DNA of 63,693 nt, the filler included, from Octopus bimaculoides (lineage: Eukaryota), in assembly GCF_001194135.2 (NCBI RefSeq). It is 3 parts of 3 records of this genome, joined end to end, with 100 filler letters (N's around TTAATTAATTAA, not from the genome) between each part and the next. Parts side by side here need not be neighbours in the genome. Positions count along the whole stretch, not along the records: positions 30,514 to 58,070 come from NC_068997.1; 2 more parts are not named here. One strand, 5' to 3'. The notes under the pieces were generated by a model, which worked only from the letters and a program-made list of their open reading frames with translations, was not told the origin of the DNA and made no database searches. A program made the translations under genes and the position numbers. Below, piece by piece: positions 39,930 to 52,127 of the stretch (positions are counted from its first letter, which is position 1; every line of letters starts with the position of its first letter).

Positions 39930-42275
39930 ACTGAATTCTTCTGTACGTGTTGTTGGGGGAGGTTTTAATGTTCACAGGCATTAGAAAAAAGAACACTAAT
40001 GAATTGCTATACAGATGCATAATCCCACTCTCATTCAGAGACACCCACAAATGGTACCATGGGCAAGTGACAACTACTATAGCCCAGGTGCTAATCAACG
40101 CCTTGTTAATGGATTTGCTAACCAGAAACTGTTCTGAAGCCTGTGGTGTATACATTTATTCGTTTGGCTCAGACAAGAAATAATATGTTCCATCATAGAA
40201 AAGTCAGCTGTCCTGCTGACAGGAATATCATTCTGATAATTAAAGAGAAACAAGTAATTATGGATAACTGCTTCAAACCCTCTAGCTTCTATATCCAGAT
40301 TATAAATTTACATTTATACCAATAATAACACTATGTAACACGATTTTTATCCCCTGATAGCAGATGTTGTTTCCTAATTCCTTGCTTCTAGAAAGTATGA
40401 AAAATGGCTAATATTTTCTTCAAAATTTGCTTCTGTTACATTTATTGAAACCCCAAAGAAGAATTCCCTTGAAGTAAAAAAATGAAAATGATGTTGTTAA
40501 AGATCTTCCCGAAATAATGAATAAATGGAAAGAACGCTTTGCAGATCTTTTCCATAGTTCTTCTGTGGTAAACATGGATATCATAAATAGCATTCCGCAA
40601 AGAGAGCTAGTGTAGCACATTACTTCAACAGAAGTAAATCTGACATTATATAAATTGAGATCAGTTAAAGCTCCTGGATTGGACGGCATTCCAGTCGAAA
40701 TTCTGAAAGCAGGGTTGGGGATCATATTTCATCAGAAATTCTTAACCTACTAAGAGTAAAGGCCCAAAATCAGTGTGTAGTAATTCTAAAGGGATAATCC
40801 CACTGGAATATACTGGGAAGATACTTCCAAGATTCATGTTAGATCATCTCGTTGAAAATGTGTCTTCATGTGATTTCCGAGCAACAGTGTGGTTTTATAT
40901 CTGAACGAGGAACAATGGAAATGACATTTTCTATGAGGCAGGTTCAGGTGAACTGCATAGAGGAACACATTCCACTATACCAGGTCTTCATAGATTTAAC
41001 TAAGGCATTTGACACGGTAAACTGAGAGGCGCTATACATCGTTTTGTGCAAACTTGGTTGCCCAACATATTTTGTATAAATCTATAAGGAACTCCATAGA
41101 AATATGAAAGGTCGGGTAGTCTTTAATGGAGACACTCCCGCTCCCCGACTCTTCTCTATGTGTGTTGCTACATTGCTTTGGTATGCCTTCAAGGATTACA
41201 ACAGGGGAATCAGAATCAGAATCAGATTTCGGACATCTGGTCACATTTATAATCTGAGCTGATTTAAATGCAAAGCAAAGACTTCCAAAACACTTCTCAG
41301 AGAATTGCTTTACGCTGTTGATGCTGATTTGTTGGGACACTCAGAGGAAGATATGCCACACGTAATTAGTTTTGGGAAAATCAAAGTAGTGTTTGCTCTT
41401 GCTCCAAGACAAACATATTCTGAATGAAACGTATTTTGTGAATGGAACAAGGTTAGAAGCCATTTATTCTTTTTTATAGTTTGGAAGCACATTGTCAAGG
41501 GATGGTGGTCTTAATGCAGAGATATACTATCGAATAGGGAAGGCAAATGTTGCATTTGGAGAACTAGAAAAGCGAGTATGGATGGATAGTGTTATTTCCT
41601 TGCAAACAAATACTAATGTCTATAAAACATGTGTATTGACTGTGTATTGACTGCACTTTTTTTTTATTCAAGTGAGATGTGAACCACTCGCAGGCGTCAT
41701 ATGAAAATACTGGAGAGATTTCACCAAAAGTAAAACGGATGCTCTGGATCGCAACAGGTGAAAAAGTGCTGTTGCAAGACTTAGAACGAAAAGATGATTC
41801 AGTGCTTTGAGCTTAAAACGTTTTGTCAGAAAGAAACAATTGTAACTGAAATCAACAGTGAATATTGGCTCTGTATTGTGTGCGATCGTGTTCTGTTGTC
41901 AAAAGCAGGAAATTAAAATCATATAAAGTCATATGAAAGTCGTAATGCTCAGGCAGATAATAATATTGAACACTGACCACTTTTCACAACTTCTATCATA
42001 CGTCGCAAAATTTGGAAGACAATATCTAGACTTAATATACATATGCAGGTTCATTAAAAAACATTCTTTCAGAATCAGGTTCCAAAGGACAAAGGCATAA
42101 AAGAGATTTGAATATCTGTCACTTGTGTTTTATACCATTAGTTAGCAGCTGGCCCTAAAGGTCATCTAAGAGTTCATCAACGGAAATATTGTACTGTGTG
42201 ATGGGGTACGGTGTGTGCGTTGAGGGAATGGCTATCGTCTGTCAAGATGAAGTAATCATCATCATCAGCCACACC
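39930..42275 (+). mobile_element. Second RTE-BovB-like LINE relic, inside the TRPM intron
   Basis: KAPGLDGIPVEILK, FIDLTKAFDTVN, ELLYAVDADL, RILERFHQK, three C2H2-like motifs at 41870-42180, (CAT)n tail. Confidence 0.85.
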
Positions 42276-42309
42276 ATATATATATATATATATATATATA
42301 GGTAAGATT

Positions 42310-43540
42310 GAACCACTATTTTGGAATTCATCTTTGAAGGATATTCTTATACCATGTGGAAAGGAGTATATTTTGAAACTTAATAATATTAAAGACTTTA
42401 TTAATAGGATTAAATGGAAAGCCTACTACAATAACTGTAATATATCTAATATTAACGATGTCGAGAATTCTAATTATATCAATTCAAAATTTAAATCTAG
42501 AAAGGAACCTCGGTATAATAGGGATATACAGCTTTTAGAGGATAATATTTGGAAGGTGGTGAAAGATATTAAATTTCATAAATATCCAAACAGATATAAT
42601 GAATATTTAAGAAATCTAGCTGTTAGAATAAAAGAAATGCGAAATACGGATGGGATTATAGTACAATCAGATAAAATTAGAAACCTGTATAAACTAGATG
42701 TTAAATTATATGATAACCTTTTAGAGAAAGAAATTAATAAAAAATATAAAATTCTTCCAGAAAATACTCTTTATAATATAAATAAAACTTCTAAATAAAT
42801 CATGATGAAATATAACTTAGATAATACAACTGAACTTTATGTACCTATGCACGCTAGAATAACTTCAAAAGACCACAAGGATAATTTTTATTCTGACCCA
42901 AAAGTTAGACTTATTTGTCCATGTAAATCAGATCTAGGTAAATTAAGTGAAATCATTTTAAATAACTATATTAATAGATCAAATGAAATTAATAACCTTA
43001 AACTTTGGACTAGTACTAGTGATACTTTAAAATGGTTTAAAAATATTAAAGATAAAAATAGATATAAATTCATTCAAATAGATATAGATAATTATTATTA
43101 TTCTATTAATGAGATCATCCTGAATAAGGCCCTTATTTATGCAATGAATAAGGTAGGAATGACTTATGATGAAGTTAATGTAGTTAAAACGGCTAGGAAA
43201 TCGTTGATTAGATACAATAATAAGCTGTGGGCTAGGAAGGATACTAGGGACTATTTTGATATACCTACAGGGACACCTGATTCTGCACAGGTAACTGATT
43301 TAGTAGGTATTTATTTATTATTGGAACTTCAATTAGAAAATTTAAAGTTGGAGGGTGGTTTATTTAGGGATGACCTTTTATTAATAACTAAGAATTGCAC
43401 CAATAGAACATTAGAATTATATCAGAAACTATATAGTTTTTTTAAAGAAATGGATGAAGGATTACTATATATAATGAGAACTATAATGTTAATTACTTAG
43501 ATGCTAATTTTAATTTAATAACAGGTAAATCCCAAACATT
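42310..43540 (+). mobile_element. Penelope-like element, Naiad-type reverse transcriptase
   Basis: One frame with a single TAA at 42796: LKDILIP...RIKWKAY, KDHKDNFYSDPKVRLICPCKSDLGKLS, WFKNI...FIQIDIDNYY, GLFRDD. These motifs are typical of the Naiad PLE clade. Confidence 0.8.
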
Positions 43541-43549
43541 ATGGTTATT

Positions 43550-44760
43550 TACATTTTCCCAACCAGCAAAAGACCACGTAATAGCATCCGAGATCAAAGC
43601 GTTGGCACAACCTGGACTACTTTTTCACTTAATCTCGTGGCGAGAGCAACATACCTATGTCCCACAGTCTCCCTATCGCAGAGGACTGCTGGAGGGATCA
43701 TTGACTCCACAAGTTTTAGTTGCGAAACCTTCCATATCGCAATATATCTACAAAGACAGCGTGACACTTTGATGGTTTTGTTTCTAAACTGAAGACCTAC
43801 GATGTCGGTGGCGATTACTCATCACACCTCATGGAACTTTCTGAAGAAGGCACCCCACCATTATCACAGATGGGCAGTGGACAGTGTAGAAGTATATTGG
43901 TTCATTTTAGGCGAGATGATCACCAAAACTCCAGGGGGAATAACTGGCTTTTACAAATACGCTCATTAAGACTGGTTTGACCAAAATGATAACAATATTA
44001 CCAAGCTGATCGACCAGAAGAGAGAATTTCGTCTGGTATAGAATTTCCCAATGTACACCCGCTTCCGATGCTTCCGGTAGGCCAAGCAGCAATGCCAATG
44101 TAGGATCCATGAACTCCAAAATCTCTGGTGGCCAGCAAAAGCAGGGGAGATACAGGCATTCGCGGACAGTAAAGACCCTAGGCAGGCGTTTCTATGCTGT
44201 GAATAGGGGAATCGTTGGTTCTCATAGTAGAGTAAATAATGCACTCATATCCACCGTCGGATTAACCCCTTTGATGGACGATACTTGAAACATGGAAGGA
44301 TTACTCTCGTCAACCGGTTATCTACTGCAGTGATTGACCTCCCCTGAAATATCCCCCAATATCCTATCCGAGACTGGATGTTACTCCCTCCAAATTATCC
44401 TGAGCTGGAAAAGGCTCTAAAACGCATGAAGGTATGGGAAGCACCTGGTCATGACAACATAGTTCTGAAGCTCCTGCCTCACAGCTGTCAAACTGTGAAG
44501 ATCAAGTTGTATACTGAAGATCAAGTTGTATACGTTTATCCAACGCATGTGAAAAGCAGCAATAGTTCCTGGAAACCTTAACGATGCGACTATTATTACA
44601 GTCTTCAACAGAGGTGACCGAGCAATCTGTGAATACTATTACATCATCTCTCTTCTTAGCATCTTTGGGAAGATTTTCGTGAGAATTTTGCTAGATAGAC
44701 TACTAGTAATTGCCGAGGAAGATCTTGAGTTGTATTGCGGCTTTGTTGAGTCATATTCAT
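43550..44760 (+). mobile_element. Third RTE-BovB-like LINE fragment
   Basis: DWFDQND...WWPAKAGEIQAFADSKD linker and RT start LEKALKRMKVWEAPGHD...ISLLSIFGKIF. Confidence 0.75.
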
Positions 44761-45291
44761 CGCACCGTGACTCTAATCAGAATCAGAAACTGGATCCAAT
44801 GTGAAACAAGTGACTAAGATGATTGATAGTATTTGAGAAGAGACGGAACATTGCCAAATTGATGTTCTCTTTATTTTTGATAACCAAGGAAACCGAGTAA
44901 TGTAGAATAAAATGTTTTTTTCACTAGAAACTATGAAATACTAGCAGAAGAATTGAACCCATTGTCTATGATCAGGTAGTCTAACACTTTATTCACTCAG
45001 ACACTTTTGCTATTAAAATTCAAGTAAAATAGAAAATAATACACGAAAGTGAAAAACCTTGAATATATTATTTCCCTTATCACAAAATTAGCATTGCATC
45101 ATAAATGGAAATCATATAGGCCTTTTTTTATCATTTGATGTAATCTAATATTTTAAGTTTACCCTACAATAAATATTAAAATTCTAAAAATCAATACTAT
45201 AATGTTAAAAATCAGTATTTAATATTAATATAGAGCAAGAATATGCTTAGAAGTTTAAAAAATAAGGAAAGTAACCTAAACAGAAATTTAC

Positions 45292-45452
45292 CTCTTCATT
45301 CACTAGGGATTCCTTGTTTTGTACACAGTTCCATGGAGCAATACCAATTGTTACCACTTTCTTGCCAATGATTGCACCTTCATTATCATGTATAGCCTTC
45401 CCAATATGTTTTGCAACTCCAGTATGTAAGCCATCACTGATGATCCAGGCAC
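45292..45452 (-). CDS. TRPM: TRPM channel exon, N-terminal MHR1/2 (SLOG-like) region
   Basis: Encodes (G)AWIISDGLHTGVAKHIGKAIHDNEGAIIGKKVVTIGIAPWNCVQNKESLVNEE, matching the TRPM GAWIxxGxxxGVxKHxGxA...VxIGIAPW motif. AG acceptor at 45454-45453, GT donor at 45291; 161 nt, ends in phase 0. Confidence 0.9.
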
Positions 45453-45749
45453 CTGCAAAACAAGAGAACAATAATAATATTCAAACATTGATTTCTAATT
45501 CTAAAACGATTGTAGATTTTTGGACAAAATACCGTCTGGTATTTAGTTATATATCTTCACATTCAGACTTCAAATCACACAAAAGGACTGAATTTTCATT
45601 TTGTCCAGGTTAATGGGAAATACAACAGTAATTAACTTAGGTTGATTTAATTATAGACATATTTCTCATTATGGAAGCCAGGATTTGATGCGTTGAATCA
45701 ATCCAGGACTCTAATATTGATTTTTTAATCAATTCTTGACAAGATAAAT

Positions 45750-46147
45750 AAAATTTCACCCCTGTAACCAAAAGAAGCACATCAAAAGAAACATCCCATA
45801 CAGCATGGCCAGACGCATCTGTGCTATAGTAAGTGACCCTAAAACGCGTGAAACCAGGCTCAACGAACTGAAAGACTTCCTTACTATACAAAAATACCCC
45901 TTAGGCCTAATTAATGAAGGAATTAAAAAGGCGATGGAACTGAATATCACCCAACTACGGACACCAAAGGAAAAAGTTAATGAAAACACGATTCCGTTCA
46001 TTAACACATACAGTCCTGGAATAACTAACATATTCCACGTCATAAAATCGAACCTGCCTATACTCCTTCAAAGCTCTAAGATGAAAACTCTGATTGAAAA
46101 AAAACACCTTACGGAATAGCAGACGCCAACCAAAAAACCTTAAAAAA
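45750..46147 (+). mobile_element. Penelope-like element fragment (RT C-terminus/linker)
   Basis: KHIKRNIPYSMARRICAIVSD...QKYPLGLINEGI...IPFINTY...SRRQPKNLKK; runs into a gap. Confidence 0.8.
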
Positions 46148-46951
46148 CNNNNNNNNNNNNNNNNNNNNNNNNNNNNNNNNNNNNNNNNNNNNNNNNNNNN
46201 NNNNNNNNNNNNNNNNNNNNNNNNNNNNNNNNNNNNNNNNNNNNNNNNNNNNNNNNNNNNNNNNNNNNNNNNNNNNNNNNNNNNNNNNNNNNNNNNNNNN
46301 NNNNNNNNNNNNNNNNNNNNNNNNNNNNNNNNNNNNNNNNNNNNNNNNNNNNNNNNNNNNNNNNNNNNNNNNNNNNNNNNNNNNNNNNNNNNNNNNNNNN
46401 NNNNNNNNNNNNNNNNNNNNNNNNNNNNNNNNNNNNNNNNNNNNNNNNNNNNNNNNNNNNNNNNNNNNNNNNNNNNNNNNNNNNNNNNNNNNNNNNNNNN
46501 NNNNNNNNNNNNNNNNNNNNNNNNNNNNNNNNNNNNNNNNNNNNNNNNNNNNNNNNNNNNNNNNNNNNNNNNNNNNNNNNNNNNNNNNNNNNNNNNNNNN
46601 NNNNNNNNNNNNNNNNNNNNNNNNNNNNNNNNNNNNNNNNNNNNNNNNNNNNNNNNNNNNNNNNNNNNNNNNNNNNNNNNNNNNNNNNNNNNNNNNNNNN
46701 NNNNNNNNNNNNNNNNNNNNNNNNNNNNNNNNNNNNNNNNNNNNNNNNNNNNNNNNNNNNNNNNNNNNNNNNNNNNNNNNNNNNNNNNNNNNNNNNNNNN
46801 NNNNNNNNNNNNNNNNNNNNNNNNNNNNNNNNNNNNNNNNNNNNNNNNNNNNNNNNNNNNNNNNNNNNNNNNNNNNNNNNNNNNNNNNNNNNNNNNNNNN
46901 NNNNNNNNNNNNNNNNNNNNNNNNNNNNNNNNNNNNNNNNNNNNNNNNNNN

Positions 46952-47290
46952 ATAAGAACGAGATACTGCAGCAGCCTCGGTTTCAGAGGACCTCAGCTCT
47001 TCAATGCCCTGCCAAAACATTTGAGAGACATGCAAGACATGGATGCGGAGGTCTTCAAGACAAAACTTGACGCTTTCCTCTCCACGATACCAGACGAACC
47101 AATGGCTCGTAATGATACGCAGTTTAGGGCAGCTGTGTCAAATTCTCTTATACACCAGATGTGCCATCAAAACTCTTGATTGGACCATGTCAGGTGGGGG
47201 AGAAGAGCCATGCAAGGAACGTGAAAATCACGGTGGTGCACCAGCATGACCGCAGCCACTTGGCTGAAACACATAAATAAATAAATATAT
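46952..47290 (+). mobile_element. CR1/L2-group LINE 3' end
   Basis: GPQLFNALPKHLRD...FKTKLDAFLSTIPDEP...RAAVSNSL*, then a 3' UTR and (TAAA)n tail. Confidence 0.7.
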
Positions 47291-48331
47291 ATGTATATAT
47301 GTTTGATATAATATATATAGTTATTTTTACTAATTCGATTTTTCAAATTTACAAAGATTATACTAATATACTCTCATGCAGAACTACACCTTAAAAAATA
47401 AATAAATAAATGAATGTATGACAGGAATACATTCTAAATAGGACCCAAAGTCTATAAAAAGAAAGTACAAAGAATATAAAATGACAGAACTAAAAGCAAA
47501 AGAAAAAATAGGAAGACATGTTTTGTTTTCTTTATATTTTCTATTCATTATTCTCTATTTTTTCTTTCTTCTTCCTTCTTCTACTATCCTTAAAAACTGT
47601 CTCAAAACAATACAGTAAGTAGTAAACAAGCTTTTAACCATTTTTTAAATATTTGACACTCCTTAAAAAGATAATTTCAATCTCTCTCTTTTACCACATC
47701 CACCTCTCTATCTGTCTGACTATCAGTCTATCTATCTATCTCTCTATCTGCCTATCTATCTATCTATCTGCTTATACATCTTCCATTGTCTCCAAANNNN
47801 NNNNNNNNNNNNNNNNNNNNNNNNNNNNNNNNNNNNNNNNNNNNNNNNNNNNNNNNNNNNNNNNNNNNNNNNNNNNNNNNNNNNNNNNNNNNNNNNNNNN
47901 NNNNNNNNNNNNNNNNNNNNNNNNNNNNNNNNNNNNNNNNNNNNNNNNNNNNNNNNNNNNNNNNNNNNNNNNNNNNNNNNNNNNNNNNNNNNNNNNNNNN
48001 NNNNNNNNNNNNNNNNNNNNNNNNNNNNNNNNNNNNNNNNNNNNNNNNNNNNNNNNNNNNNNNNNNNNNNNNNNNNNNNNNNNNNNNNNNNNNNNNNNNN
48101 NNNNNNNNNNNNNNNNNNNNNNNNNNNNNNNNNNNNNNNNNNNNNNNNNNNNNNNNNNNNNNNNNNNNNNNNNNNNNNNNNNNNNNNNNNNNNNNNNNNN
48201 NNNNNNNNNNNNNNNNNNNNNNNNATATACGTTTATCTATCTACACTTATATATGTCTCTATTTTCACAGACAATGGCTAAACCTAAATATATATATATA
48301 TATATATATATATTGTATTTACATAGACTTA

Positions 48332-49159
48332 TCTACTACATATGTGGAGAACTCTGTCTGTGGGTGTGTTTGCGGAGTTGTTAGCTAACTCCTACATCGT
48401 TCTATTGATTTTCATGAAACTTGACACGTGAGTAGAACTCATGTCTGGAAACCTCCTGGCATACTCAGGAAGGGACCCTTATATATCTCTGATACATTTC
48501 ATTTTAACAGCCAAGGGAAATAACCCGTTCGCCTCTGTAAGGGATCCCTATATATAGCCAAGGGAAATAACTCAATCATTTCCCTGAATTATTTGGTATA
48601 AATCAAATTGCGTATCCTTATTTCTTAGTATTTGAAATGTTAGAGTTATTTTCACAATTTATCCAGTAAATAGTATTTTCCTAAATAATAGATCCACTTA
48701 TTTCGGTTAGTGACTTATTGACGAATATACCAACAGAGGGTAATATTCTCTGGGAACGCACAAAAGCCCTCTTCAGAGTTATTTACTTTGAATTGTTATT
48801 ATCTCATATCTGATTAGTCTGTTATTACGTAACATGCTTCACGATTTTACTATACATACCTTATTAGTATTTCCTCCTAAGATCTTTGAGAATGCTTTAA
48901 AGCCTTTTTCGGGACTACTTTATTTGAATTCTTACTATCAGGTAACTAATTTAATGATATTACACAACTGACTTCACAATTTGGGTATTCATAACTTATT
49001 GGAAATTCTTAAAAACAAGACCCTATGTAAGACAGTTCGTTATTTTCTGTAAATGCACAAAAACCGGTTTAAGGCCTACATGTTTTGTATTGGATTAGCG
49101 AAACAATTCCGAGAAAAGAAACAAGGGATAAGCCCCGCTTTCCCGGGTAATTCAACTAG
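48332..49159 (+). mobile_element. Probable non-autonomous Helitron
   Basis: Starts A|TCTCTACTAC, ends CCCG-CTTTCC-CGGG hairpin ... CTAG|T (AT target); internal GATTTTCATGAAACTTGACAC motif; no ORF. Confidence 0.6.
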
Positions 49160-49169
49160 TAGATATATA

Positions 49170-49215
<46 letters not shown>

Positions 49216-50702
49216 NNNNNNNNNNNNNNNNNNNNNNNNNNNNNNNNNNNNNNNNNNNNNNNNNNNNNNNNNNNNNNNNNNNNNNNNNNNNNNNNNNNNN
49301 NNNNNNNNNNNNNNNNNNNNNNNNNNNNNNNNNNNNNNNNNNNNNNNNNNNNNNNNNNNNNNNNNNNNNNNNNNNNNNNNNNNNNNNNNNNNNNNNNNNN
49401 NNNNNNNNNNNNNNNNNNNNNNNNNNNNNNNNNNNNNNNNNNNNNNNNNNNNNNNNNNNNNNNNNNNNNNNNNNNNNNNNNNNNNNNNNNNNNNNNNNNN
49501 NNNNNNNNNNNNNNNNNNNNNNNNNNNNNNNNNNNNNNNNNNNNNNNNNNNNNNNNNNNNNNNNNNNNNNNNNNNNNNNNNNNNNNNNNNNNNNNNNNNN
49601 NNNNNNNNNNNNNNNNNNNNNNNNNNNNNNNNNNNNNNNNNNNNNNNNNNNNNNNNNNNNNNNNNNNNNNNNNNNNNNNNNNNNNNNNNNNNNNNNNNNN
49701 NNNNNNNNNNNNNNNNNNNNNNNNNNNNNNNNNNNNNNNNNNNNNNNNNNNNNNNNNNNNNNNNNNNNNNNNNNNNNNNNNNNNNNNNNNNNNNNNNNNN
49801 NNNNNNNNNNNNNNNNNNNNNNNNNNNNNNNNNNNNNNNNNNNNNNNNNNNNNNNNNNNNNNNNNNNNNNNNNNNNNNNNNNNNNNNNNNNNNNNNNNNN
49901 NNNNNNNNNNNNNATTTCTTAATTTTTCGAATTTTTTTTCTTTTGTTATCCACATAGAAAAATAGGAATCCGGGAAATATATATATATTTTTTTTATAAT
50001 TTAATTTTTCTTAAAGAAACACACAATGTCCCTTCCCCCACCTTGCCCACCCATCACTTACTCACTATCAAAATGCTAAAAGCTCCCGATCTTTCACTTT
50101 CGTCGTATTTTTCACGCATGCGCAGAATTCTACTGAAATAGCAGGCATAAAAAATACCAGACCACCACCAGAAATCCCGACATACTAGAAACAGCAAGTA
50201 AATGACATTATTTCTGCAGAAACGTCCCCGCTTTCCAAAAAGCTAAAAGTGAAAAATTGGGAGTCTGTAGCTTTTTGAAAGTTGTGAGGTGGTGGATAAA
50301 ATTCTTAAAGATTAATACTCTGTTTTTTTTTGTCCATGGATTACGAAGAAGAAAAAATTGAAAAAAGTAAAAAGGAATTTGGTTTGGAGAGGGAAAAAAT
50401 TCAAACATTCGGAACGTGTTTTGTAGGTGAAATCCTAATAGCGTGTATCTCAAACATAGTAATCGGGAAAAAAATTAGGGAAAAATTAAGGGGGAGGGCA
50501 CAAATGTCACCTCGGACATGCTGGAAAGAAGAGTTAAAGGATAGGATTTCTGGGAAAACTTCCTTTCAAGTTTATATCGAACATCAGGTTTTTAAATACG
50601 CTCGTCACAAATACGAATTACATAATAGAGAAATGTCAACTCAATAAAATTTGTGCGTGCACACAGAAAGAAATAGCAATTCGGACAGACGTTTTACCTA
50701 TA

Positions 50703-50735
<33 letters not shown>

Positions 50736-50955
50736 CCAAAGGAAGTTATTTTATGGCATTCTTTCGCTGGAAGAAGCAAAGTTTTCAACTCGATCATATG
50801 GGATCATATGATTGTTCGTTAATTACAGTAAAAAATTGTTAATTTCTTTTGAAGAGCAGAAATTGAAAGGGAAGAGAAAGTGAATGACGACATTTACTTT
50901 GAAGTGAGAGCAGTAAGTGAAAGATGTACGTGTATATGAAATAGACGTATGCGTG

Positions 50956-51020
<65 letters not shown>

Positions 51021-52090
51021 GACAGAGACAGAGTGAGTGAGTGAGTGAGTGAGTGAGTGAAGGTGTGTGTTGTGATGTATGAATTTGTTTCCATGTACGT
51101 GTAAGTGACATTCACTCGCGCTCTCACACATCTTTCATATACATGTACATAAAAACATGCATATAACTTTTTTGTGCATGTGCGTGAGAGAGAGAGAGAG
51201 AGAGAGAATGACTGTATTTCCTTATAACATATAGAGAAATGGTTGTCATTTAAGGCAATGTTTTTGGTTGTGTCTTATTTTGATATAAATCTTTGTGTAC
51301 ATTTTCATAAATGTTTGTCTGAGTAGAATTCTACGCATGCGTGCAACATTGGACAAAAGTGAAACATTAGAAGCAAATCGAAATATTGTCCGAAAATGAC
51401 CTCAAAATTGTGTGACTCAACCTCGTTTCCGAGTTTACTTTAGTGGTAAAAAAGAGTTGTGCCCAATACTTTGTTTACTTGGTAGATAGATGATAAGAAG
51501 CTTTATTATAGTACAGATGTAACTAATTCAGAGAAATATTTTCATTATTCAAACGTCGTCACTCTCGTAATGCAGCACTTTGTAATTTCGGTTCAAATTG
51601 AAAGTGTGAAACTGCTTTCACTTTCTAATGAAAGCTGGTCGTTTTAGAGCACTGTATTTCGGAATACTGTAGCTGGTTGTTGAGATAACGATGAAAATAT
51701 GAAAACGAAAATAAAGTTTATTTGACATGTGTAATTAATTTGATTGTTCTGGTGTTAACATCAGTTGGTGAGAATAGAAGTCATTTGACGACACCTTGTT
51801 TGTAATTGGTTCTCTGTTGCAGGTTCAATTTGGGGAATTTTCAAATTATATCCATGTTGTCTATTCCACAGAATAAGAAGATAGTGGAGAGCATTATAAA
51901 GCTGAGATCTCGAACACGAATGAGAATATCATTATTTTCATGGGTATCACCTATCATAAGCATGGCTGCGTCATTAGATGTCGGCTCATTAAAACAATGT
52001 AAAATATCCTTTACTATAGTTTATTGTAGGCGGAAACACACACACACACACACACGCACACACACACACACACAGACAGACACAGACACA

Positions 52091-52127
<37 letters not shown>

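Noticed and set aside
42796-42798. In-frame stop in the Naiad RT as possible selenocysteine recoding
   Set aside because: The codon is TAA, not TGA. The TGA in the 57090 copy aligns to a Lys/Arg position and is best explained by CGA>TGA decay.
43789-43815. CTGAAGA plus a near-stem, resembling a hammerhead
   Set aside because: No GAAA or stem III follows, and it lies inside RTE-derived sequence.
50208-50647. ORFs of 81-105 aa on both strands
   Set aside because: Compositionally biased (A-rich/T-rich) with no recognisable domain; more consistent with UTR or promoter DNA.
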